Shown here one piece after another: positions 37,101 to 47,370 of a stretch of DNA of 64,000 bases. Each line of letters starts with the position of its first letter. Position 1 is the first letter of the stretch. The translations under genes and the position numbers were made by a program. Below the pieces are notes generated by a model, which was not told the origin of the DNA, searched no databases, and saw only the letters and a program-made list of their open reading frames with translations. This stretch comes from Basidiobolus meristosporus CBS 931.73 (lineage: Eukaryota; Fungi; Basidiobolomycota): positions 9,062 through 73,061 of the forward strand of contig MCFE01000450.1 of assembly GCA_002104905.1 (NCBI GenBank), given 5' to 3'.

Positions 37101-39029
37101 CCCACAAATCTAACACAAGCTTGTGGCTTTGTGGCAGCTTGTGGGTTCTTTAGGATCTGGATCCCAAGATTTTCTGAGATAGCAGAACCAATCTACCAAC
37201 TACAGAAAAAGAATGCCCCATTTAACTGGGGAGAAGAGCAAGAAGAAGCCATGCAATTACTAGAAGAGGCCTTAGTGTCTCCACCAGTTCTGAGACCTCT
37301 TGACTATCAGAACACTGAATGCCCACCTATCTTGACAGTGGATGCAAGCCCTATAGGAGCTGGAGCACTACTTGGCCAAGATGATGAAGATGGCAACCGC
37401 TATGCATGCAGATATGAGAGCTGCCTCTTCTCTCCTAGAGAACAAAGATACTCACAGATTAAGAGAGAGCTACTAGGAGTTGTGAAGATGCTGAGAAAGC
37501 TGAAGTCACAACTCTACATGACACATTTCATCCTGGAGACAGATGCTAAGCCACTTATAGGAATGATCAACAAGCCTGACCTACCTGATGATGCCACAAA
37601 TTGGTGGATGGCATGGCTGAAAATGTTTGACTTTGAGGTCAGACATATCCCTGGCAAGACAAATGTTGTGGCCAATGCACTCTCCAGGAAGGGACCACAG
37701 TTGTCTGAAGATATGGACCCTGACTTTGATGACATAATTGATGCAGAAATCCAACAACTACTTGTGAAGAAGCCCAGCTACTCTACATGGTACACCATTC
37801 AAGACTATCTGAGAACCTTGGAGAAGCCACCAGGAATGAGCCCACATGATTTCAGAAAGCTCAGGAAGAAGGCCCATCATTTCTCAATAAAAGATGGCCT
37901 CCTCTTCAAACAAGTAAAGCCTGGACAGACACCAAGGAGAGTTATAGTTGAGCCCCAGGAACAACTGACTATTATGTCAAGCCTTCATGAAGGAAGACCT
38001 GGTGGTCATAGAGTCAGAGATGCCACTTACAATGTTGTTTCCAGTAGATACTACTGGGAGCATATGTATCATGATGTCCAACACTTTGTTGAATCTTGTG
38101 ACATTTGCCAAAGAAGGTCAACCAAGAGATATGAGAAGCCACTCCATCGAACCTACACACCTGGTCTATGGCAGAAGGTTGGCATTGACCTGGTCCACAT
38201 GTCAACTGCTGGAACCAAGAAGTACCTTGTTGTTGCCAGAGATGTTCTGAGTGGGTGGGTGGAAGCTCAAGCCCTATCCAATAACAAAAGCCACACCATA
38301 TGGAGATTTATTCTTGAAGATATAATATGCAGATTTGGCTGCATCAGCCAGTTTGTTGCTGACCAAGGAGAAATGACTTCAAATTTGATCCAGGAACTCT
38401 GCTCACAATACAAGATTCATATTGCTTTCACCACCGCTTATCACCCACAGTCCAATGGAATGGTTGAAAGAGGCCATGGCCCGTTGGTTAACTCCCTAGT
38501 CAAGAGCTGCAACAACATGACACTACAGTGGCCTACACAATTTCATCTAGCACTCTGGGCAGATAGAATCACAACAAAACTCAGCACAGGTCTATCTCCA
38601 TTCAAATTGCTTTATGGACATGATTGTGTTCTTCCCATAGAGCTTTACTCAATATCCTGGAACATGCTAGAGTGGAGAACTACAATGAGTACAGAAGAAC
38701 TACTGACTACATGCATCAAACAGCTTGATCACCATGAACTTGATATTACCCAAGCAGCTGCTAAACTCAAAGAGACAAGACTTCAGAACAAGGAACCATT
38801 TGACAAGTCACATAGCCTTAGATCAAAACCATTACTGCAAGAAGATCCAGTACTGCTCTATGATTCCACTTTAGACAAGCAGTGGAGTCGCAAATTTGAC
38901 AATAAATGGTCTGGCCCATTTATTATCCCTAAGGTGATTGGAAATAGAAGCTACTACTTGTCTGAACTTGATGAAACACTGCTAAGAACACCTGTGGCAG
39001 GAAACAGACTTAAGCTATTCAAGCACCAG
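34143..39029 (+). pseudogene. Ty3-B gag-pol, one reading frame with two in-frame TGA stops
   Basis: ORFs 34143-34943 and 35313-39104 are in the same frame, with TGA at 34941-34943 and 35094-35096. CIWCDSTQH knuckle, IDSG protease, FVDD RT, TVDAS RNaseH, GGH..CDIC, GIDL..ADQG..E integrase. Confidence 0.9.
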
Positions 39030-40281
39030 TTGGTGTGTAAAGTGTTGAGATGCTCCAGAGTCAATATACCACGTCTAAGAATCCTTGTTTGTGGTCATAT
39101 TTAGTGCAGATGTGAATAGTCTATCTTCATTTGTTGCAACATTTCTATATTCAGGCTTGTTTTGCTGATTATTGCTCTCTTTGAGACACCGGTCTGACGT
39201 GCGTCCTTTCCTTTTGCAGTAGTTGTAAACAGGTTGCTGTTGCCTTTTTAGAGTCTTGGGTACCTGCTTTGTTGGTTATCATTGGTTATTAAGGCATTTT
39301 CTTCTTCCTTTTTATTAGCACTTGATTTTCTTAATTCTTCATCCAGGAGCCTTCCGCATGTGTAATTTAAGGTCAAATCTTCAGTTCTGAAATCTAGGGC
39401 TGATACAAGACCCGGAAACATGTCTGTCAGGCTATTCAGGATGGTAACTATCACATCCTCATCAGTAGTTGGTACACCCACAGATTCCATCTCATCTATC
39501 AGCAGGGTAGTTCTGTTAATTAGATCTTTCATTTCTTCTCCTAGCTGCATCTTTGTAGTAAAGAATTTTTGTCTCAGATACATTTTCTTGGCAGCTGAAC
39601 CTGACTGGTAGGTGACTTCTAATGCTTTCCAGGCATTATTTGCTGTTTTTGCTCTTGAGCATTCAATTAGCAATTTGTCCCTGACATTGAGGCAAATGCA
39701 CTTAAAGGCACTTTGTTCTTTCTTCTGGTCCTTTCAGGCTTCCTCTTGCATGTTTTTAGGAGGGCATTCTTCTCCCATGAAAATATCCCAAAGGCCTCTT
39801 TCTTGTAGCAGCATCTTCAGCTTCACCTTCCACACTTAATAGTTAGATCCATCCAACTTTTCAGCAGAGGAAAAAATTCCAGTAATAGCAGTAGTAAACA
39901 TTGCAGAGAGTGATAGCTTGGGGCTCATAACCTGTTCTAAGAGTTTTGTAGATATTGGAAGTGATTGGGAGAACAAGTAGATTATGTGGTTTTCACTTAA
40001 TGATTTATTGAATGTAAAAGTAGTATTTTTACTTTTACCTGGTTTTGGCATTACAAACATGTAGAGTAGGTTAAGGAAGGTCCCAAGAACATGTGTGCAA
40101 AGTTTGGGGCTGTTTGGACAACTTTGAGAATTTTCATGTTTGGTGTACCTGGTATTTTGGTGAAAATATTCTAAGTAAATCCTCACAAGGAACTTGGTCA
40201 GTATTCTCTAGGATTGGAAGGTGATGATCTAAGTAACTAAGCTAGGTGAATATTTAGGTAGAAATACAAATTTTTATAACA
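39030..40281 (-). mobile_element. Copia-1 copy C: 5' LTR, PBS, gag and protease start. Its far-end LTR stub survives at 32063-32086.
   Basis: LTR 39933-40281 (349 bp); PBS GGTTATGAGCCC; gag ORF 39248-39673. TSD GTTTG (32058-32062) and GCTTG (40282-40286) in contiguous Ty3-A host sequence. Confidence 0.85.
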
Positions 40282-42442
40282 GCTTGTTCACTAGTTGGTA
40301 AGCTGCAAATGAACATTCTCTGATGATCTTAAAAGGTCCTGTCCATTGTGGCTCAAACTTCTTCCAAGTGTTGTTTCTTAGCAATACAAAGTTTTCAATT
40401 GTCAATGCTTCTGGTGATATAGTCTTATCAAATATCTACTTCATCTTTTCTGCACTTGGAGATACTTTGGCCTGTGCCTTTTGACATCTTTGATCTAGCT
40501 GCTGGTGTCTACTTGGCTGACTGAGCTCATCCTCTAAGGTGTCTGTAAGCTTTAATTAAGCAAAATCTCCTGGAATTCTTGGCTTACATCAATACACAAA
40601 GTAAAATGACAATTTTTGGGTGGTGTTGTGTACTCAGACTCTGTATGCTAAAAGTGCTTGGTCTATATACTCATCCCATCTACTAACAGCTCCATTTACA
40701 TACTTGGTCAGCATTTTTCCAAATAATCCATTAAACTGCTCAGTTACCCCATTAGTTCTAGGGTGATATGCCAAGGTTTTTGAGTGTTTGATCTACTGCA
40801 GTTCCAGGTAAGCATCCAATATCTTTACCATAAAGTATGCTCCTCTATTGGATAGAATCTCCACAGGGCATCCAAACTTCATAAGGATCTCATGGTAGAT
40901 GAAACTTGTGACTTCTTGTTCACTGGCTACAGGTACTGCTTTGGGCACTGGCCATTTGATGGCATGGTTGGTTGCCACCAGGATCCAATGGTTGCTTCTC
41001 CTAGTAGTTGGCAACTGTCCAATAAAGTCCATTAGCCATGTTTCAAATGGTCTTACAGACTCCAAGGGAAGGAGTTCAGCAACCTTCTGAGGTTGGCCTT
41101 TGTTGAATTGGTAATATGAGATGTTTTCACTAGCTTCCCAATATCTTGTTTCATTCTGGGCCACCATGCTCTGGCTCTCACAAGGCTATAGGTTTCTTTA
41201 ATTCCAAGATGTCCATATCCACTGTGTAGCTTATGTATCAAATCCAGGCAAGCAAGATAAGGGCAATGGGCAATAGGGCTTCAATCAGCAATTTGGTAGA
41301 GTGTTTCATCATGTACCACAAATTTGCTGGCTTCATCCCATATAATCTGCTTGATCTCTTCATTGACCTCATAAGGAATGTCTTGGTCCTCCAAGTACTT
41401 TGGTAATAAGCTAAGCCAATCTGATTCATGCACCAAGCTGGGTTGTGCAACTTGTTCTAATCCTGATAAGGCATCAGCAACCATATTGTTATTCTCAGGG
41501 CAATAGACAATCTCCAAGTCATATTACTGAATGTATTCACTCCATGTTGTCATTCTTCTGGAGGGTACCTTCTGAGTAAATATATACTTGAGTGAGGTGT
41601 AATCAGTCCTCACAGTGCACTTGACTCCTTCAATGTAGTGTCCCTAGGTCTTCAAGCAGTGTATTATTGCAAGCATCTCCCTCTCATGAGCTGGATGGTT
41701 CTGTTCTGCTGAGTTCAGTTTCTTGGACTCAAAAGCAACTAATTAGTCCTTTCCGTCATGTTCTTGACCTAGTACTCCACCAATTGCATAGTCTGAAGTA
41801 TCTGTGCACAAAGTAAACTCTTTTCTGAAGTCTGGGATTCTTAAGCTTGGCAGCTTAGCAAGTTGATTCTTGAGCATCTGAAAGGCCATCTCACAGACTA
41901 TGTCCCACTTCATGGTTGTCTTTCTTGAGAATATCAGATAAAGGGGCATTTGACTCCTTCAATATGGAATCTCCATGTCTTCAAACAGTGTATTATAGCA
42001 AGGATCTCCTTCTCATGGACTGGATAGTTTTGTTCTGCAGAGTTCAGTTTCTTGGATTCAAAGGCAACAGGGTAGTCCTTTCCCTTGTGTTCTTGGCTCA
42101 GCACTCCACCAATTGTATAATCTGAAGCATCTGTGCACAGAGTGAACTCTTTTTTGAAGTCTGGTATTCTTAAGCTTGGCAGCTTAGCAAGTTCATTCTT
42201 GAGCGTCTGGAAGGCAGTCTCACAAGCTATGTCCCACTTATAGGTATTGTCTTTCTTGAGGATTTCAGTTAAAGGGGCTGCAATACTTGCAGAGGACTTC
42301 ACAAATCTCCAATAATAGGAAACCATTCCAAGGAATGATTTGAGCTCTCATATGCAACAGGGCTGCTTCAGATTCTTGATGACTTCAACCTTCTTGGGGT
42401 CTGAGGTCACTCTTGTGCTAGTTACTTTGTGTCCCAGGTATT
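40282..42442 (-). mobile_element. Degenerate Ty3-A pol copy with a duplicated RNaseH segment
   Basis: Homologous to 21640-23460. The RNaseH region occurs twice (~41570-41940 diverged; ~41945-42440 close to 22960-23460). Confidence 0.85.
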
Positions 42443-43100
42443 TGTTGCAATTTAGGAAGTGATTTGGATATAACAAACTTATCAAGATATAGTGATAATA
42501 GTTGAACTGTTGTTTATTCATAAAGAGGATCAGTATTTATACCTTTGAAGAAGTAATACAGCTGCAACACTAAGTAAGGAGGGTTTCTCAACATTCAGGA
42601 GCATTCTCTAAGAGTTTCAGGGTTAGTACATAATGTTTGGTAAAAAGTGTTAATTTGTTCATCACTATAGGGGAATAATCATAGGATCATAGATTTGAAG
42701 AATCTGGCAAAGTTGGGGCTGCAGATAAGTCATACAGTGACCAAGACTAGTCTAGAATTGGTAAGTAAATTTTTAGCTGCTGAATGATACCAAATAGTCC
42801 AGTATTTCATCACTTCCCCTCAACTAAATAATTTCTTAATCCTAATTCCTCTCTGAGATTCTCATATTGTGGTCCAGCTAGTGATTTTGTCAATATATCT
42901 GCCACCATTTTGTCAGTTGGACAATAAACTAACTCTACTAAGTTATTTTCTACAGCTTCCCTCACAAAGTGGTGTTGTATATCTATGTGCTTAGTTCTGG
43001 CATGATTAGTAGGATTCCTAGCTAATGCAATACAACTTTGATTATCTTTGTAAGTACATGTTGGCTCATCTGAGTTTATTTGCATAGCTATATAGCCTGT
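42443..43100 (-). mobile_element. Copia-2 3' end (RNaseH, PPT, 3' LTR)
   Basis: LTR 42443-42812; PPT GAGGGGAAG; ORF 42810-43085 ([17 protein letters not shown]). Confidence 0.85.
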
Positions 43101-44505
43101 TGCAAGAGGTTGTAAATAGGACCAAAAGGTGGGGTTTTTCCTTCTTCAAGGTCAATGGGACAATCATAGGGTCTATGGGCTGGGAGTAGTTTGGCTTTCT
43201 TCTTGTCAAAGACATGGGCAAACTCTTGATACTTGGCAGGTATTCCATTGGAGGGGGTTCCTTCAGTGATGATGGGCTGCTTGATCTGGTGTAGCTTAGG
43301 AAAGGATGCTTCTTTACCTGAAAAATCAGGTGGTTTCATGGAGTTGACATGGTGGATTCTGGGGAATGTCACAATTTTGGTTTTCCAGTTGATAGCTGGG
43401 TTATGGTGATCAAGCCATGAGCTTCCAAGGACTATGGAGTAGTGGGGAGAGTTGATGATGTTGAAGGCTAGTGTCTTGCGGTGACTGGTGCTGGACAGCT
43501 GGAGTAGACATGTCTCATGGGTAACAGCACCAGAAGAGAGGGACCTTCCATCAATAACTTCTACTTGGACAGGACAGGATTTCAGGACAGTGGGGATTTT
43601 GTGCTTCTGGACAAATGACTGGTCAATGAAACTGGAGGAAGCACCAGAATCTATGAGGGCAAGAACACAGAGAGGGCTGGATTCAGGGAGGTGGATGTTG
43701 ACAGGCATTCTTAAGGACTGGATGGACTTGGTAGCATATGTTGTTTCTTGAATTTGCTGGATTTTCATTGGAGGGTCCAGTTGCAAGCCTATCATTGCAA
43801 CTGGACATTGGAGTTTCCCAATAATTCAGGAGAAGATTGTTCACAGGATGTTTGCTGGAGCTTGAAGCTGGACTTCTTGTTAGAACAAGACTTGGCAAAG
43901 TGGCCTGGCTGGCCACAGTAAAGGCAGAGGTTTGCCTGTTGATGTCTAGATCTTTCTTTTTTTGTGAGTTTCTTATATTTAGCACTGTCAATTTGCATAG
44001 GATCATCAGGCTTAGTATTGGGTGACTGGATTACTGGGAAGGTGGTTGGCTGATAGGTATGTTGGAATTTCTGTTTCTTCTGGAAAAGACAATTTGCACA
44101 TTGGATTGCTTGATGAATAGCTTCACCTAAGGTGGTTGGGTCAGGGAGAGTGAGAAGTGGGTCACTAACTTCATCATTGAGCCCATCTGGAAATTGACTA
44201 ATTAGGGCAGTGTCCCCCCCCAAAGGCTCAAATCACTGGCTAGTAGTTGGAATTCAGAAGCATACATGGATGCAGTTCTGTTTCCTTGCTTCAAGTACTT
44301 GATCTTGTTAGCAGCAGTCCTGCCTTGATCAATGTTGCCAATTGTTAGCTCCATTTCTGTGAGGAAGGCATGGTAGTTGCTGAGTAGAGGGGAGTTAGTT
44401 TCCACCAAAGGGGAGAACCATTTCTGGGCAGTTCCAGTCAGCAGGTTAGAGATATAACCAACTTTTGCTTGATCTGTTGGGGACCAATTGGGTTGTAGTG
44501 ACTAG

Positions 44506-45025
44506 TGTTATGAATAGACACAAGGTAGGAGGAAAAGCTAGGCACAGCAGGAAAGGACTTAGGTGTGGACCATCAAGGCAAGGCAGGATTCAAGGCAAGG
44601 CTGTTTATTCAAGACCTGTGTTTATCAGACTGGGGAATACTTAAGGGGGGATAGGACTATATAAACTTTTTGGTTATACTGATGCCAAGAGATATTGGCT
44701 AATACTAATGGGGTTGTGGGGTGAGGCACAGCAATGTGCTGGGGATAATAATATAGAAGGCAAGGCACTGAGACAGGATGGGAAAATGGATTGGGTCACC
44801 TGATCATGTGACTAAGTCATGTGACCTGGTATTTTCATATATGGTACTGGACTATGAAAAATACAATGGGAAGCTTCCATGGAATGTTCCATTGTGTAAC
44901 AAGGGTTTGGAATGGTCAGGAACTTTCTGGAAGGTGGTAGAAGGTCCCAGAAGGAATCTCTTAGAAATTGAGCTTGGAAGCTGAAACTTGGCATGGGTGT
45001 TCATGGTTGTCATGTGATCATGGCA
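44506..45025 (-). mobile_element. Ty3-C solo LTR inserted in Ty3-C gag
   Basis: 520 bp TG..CA homolog of 45671-46234 with a perfect TSD ACTAG (44501-44505 and 45026-45030). Confidence 0.92.
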
Positions 45026-45656
45026 ACTAGTGGTGTTGCACTATGTAGATGAAACCTTGGAATTCATTCTGGGAGCCACTGAACTTGGTAGTGGAAGTGA
45101 TCTTGGGATCATGGTAGGAGGGAGCCTGGATAGGCTGTTGAGCATTTTGGCTCTGGAGCTGAGCAACAGAGTTTCTGAGGTCTGTATTGTCTAGTTGCAG
45201 CTGCGCAAAGGCAGCCATGAGACTTGCAAAGTTATACACTGGGCTGGACATGTCACAGTAGCAGGGGGTGGAGAAGTCACTTGGACTTGTTCAGGAATAC
45301 TGGATATTGCTTGCTAACTTGTGGGTTATAAAGCCACTAGTTTGTTAAGAATACAATTATTGAGCCACAATCCCCAACTTTGAATAAGTTAGCATCACTT
45401 CAGAAGGTACTGGCTTTAATGTCCTTTGATAGAGTATTGTACTAAGGCTTCCAATACTGTAACAACTGTAAGCTACACCAGCAGGGTAATACGGTAAATG
45501 CAGCTTTGGCCAATAATCTTACAAAGATAAAGTATCTTTGCCTTTAGAGGACAAGACTAGGGAAAGATTTAGGGTGATACTTATGGTAGGTATTCCTTTA
45601 CAAGTTCTTCTCAAGAACTTTGGGTACAAGGCAGAGATCCACAGGTAAGTCAGGAG

Positions 45657-45668
45657 CAGTCTGATAAA
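45657..45668 (-). promoter_or_regulatory. Self-priming (tRNA-independent) PBS
   Basis: CAGTCTGATAAA at 45657-45668 is the exact reverse complement of TTTATCAGACTG at 45830-45841 inside the LTR, ~25 nt downstream (element sense) of a TATATA box at ~45866-45873. Confidence 0.8.
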
Positions 45669-46339
45669 GCTGTTATGAATAGACACAAGGCAGGAGAGTA
45701 GGGCTAGGCAAGACAGGACCAGGAAAGGACTTAGGTGTGGATCAACAAGGAATGGCATGTTTCCAGGGCAAGGTGTGTTTCCAAGTCAAGGCAGATTTCC
45801 AAGGCAAGCCTGTTAATTTAAGACCTGTGTTTATCAGACTGAGGAATACATAAGGGGGGAAAGGACTATATATACTTTCTTGCAATATAGATGCCAAGAG
45901 ATATTGGCTAATAATGATGGGGTTCTGGGGTCAAGCACAGTAAGTGTGCCAAGATAGAATATACTAAAGAACAGACTGGAATATCACGTGGAGATATGTC
46001 AGTGGTCAGATGATCATGTGACTAGGTCATGTGACATGTAGATACCTTATATGGCATGGGACTACATTAGTTCTAATGGGAAACTTCCACAGAATGTTCC
46101 ATTGTGTAACGTTGACTTGGAGCTTTCAAGAAGTTGCTAGAATGTAGTAGAACTTTCTATATGGAACTGGGATTTCTTCACTGACTAGATTTGGCTAGAT
46201 AATTGGAGACCAGGGATGTCATGTGATCATGACAGTAGTAGTAGGTAAGCAAGTAAAGTGGGGTGAATCTAAAGCTGATTATATGAATTGTGCAAGGGGA
46301 GGTAGAAAAGGAAATACTATTTGGTAAATTGGTACAGTA

Positions 46340-47310
46340 GAATTACATAGAACTAGCTGTAGGCCACCATACAGCTGTTATAATGCCATCAGAGGCTTGC
46401 AATGAGGCTATCAGAACACCATCCAGTCTCCTGCCATATAAGGCAATTGGATATACTAGCCAGTTAGATGCACTCAAATAGTTGTAGAGCTCACAAAGAC
46501 CACAACAATGCCATACCACCCTTGGCAAAACACCACCCAAACACTGTTTTGTTTTTTGACTTTATTTGGTGGCAAAATTAGCCAAATGCTGTTGTGATCC
46601 CATCATAAGATTGTGTAGAGGGTCATTAATTCCAAGCTGCTGGTATTATAATGGCATCCTGCCAGGACCTTGATGGCTTATCTGAATTGGATCCACCTAC
46701 AAAACCAAAATATTTTTCACAGGGTGGGTTTGGCACAATAAGCAACTAATTTTTATGTGGACAACCTGACCAAAGTAGTCTGGGTTTCTCCTAGTCACAT
46801 GCCAATTTCTACACAACTCAATATGGAATTCACACAAACAAGAGCCGGAATGCACCTATCAGGGGGACTAGAATCTAGCAGGGAGAAGGAATATATTGGC
46901 TAATACCATTTGGTCTATTGGTACAGTGGTGTTTTACATAACTATCTGTAGGCCACTCTACTGCCATAATAATGCCTGCAGGGTTAGTAATGAGGTCACT
47001 GGAATACCATCAAGTTTCTTGCCATATTAGGCAATTGGATGTATTGGCCATCTAGGTCTGCTCAGGTGAATAAAGAGTGCATTAAAACTGCTAGAATTCC
47101 AGGCAATACTTGTCTTAAGACTACCTTACCATCTTCAAGTTTCTTACTTTATTTGGTAGTAAAATTAGTAAAACACCATGACAATCCCATCATAAGATTG
47201 TATGGAGGATCAGTAATTCCAAGCTGCTGGCACTGTGACAGACTCCTTATTGGATCCCAATGGCTAGTTCAGATTGGATCCACCCATGGAACCAAGTTAT
47301 TTTTCATAGG
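46340..47310. repeat. Diverged tandem duplication of a ~580-bp unclassified unit
   Basis: Shared blocks CTGTAGGCCAC..TGCCATAT..GGCAATTGGAT and CCCATCATAAGATTGT..TAATTCCAAGCTGCTGG..ATTGGATCCACC occur at ~46360-46680 and ~46945-47285. Confidence 0.65.
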
Positions 47311-47370
47311 GTTACTTTTACATAGTCATAGCAAAACAAACATGTGAAATATATATAGAAAGGTCTAAAG

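Larger units (their letters stand above)
33620..39029 (+). mobile_element. Ty3/Gypsy element (family B), 3' LTR lost
   Basis: 5' LTR ~33620-34057, PBS 34062-34079, single gag-pol frame from 34143. Fused at ~39030 to an antisense Copia-1 fragment. Confidence 0.92.
43100..46234 (-). mobile_element. Ty3-C (Tf1/sushi-like) element: 5' LTR, self-priming PBS, gag, protease, truncated at the start of RT
   Basis: LTR 45671-46234; gag ATG at 45251; CLYCGQPGH knuckle; LIDSGAS protease; LPAHRPYDCPIDL..PPFGPIY. Confidence 0.88.

Noticed and set aside
39030-39104. Novel C-terminal domain on the 1263-aa pol
   Set aside because: The tail LVCKVLRCSRVNIPRLRILVCGHI is antisense Copia-1 sequence (same as ORF 56347-56547).
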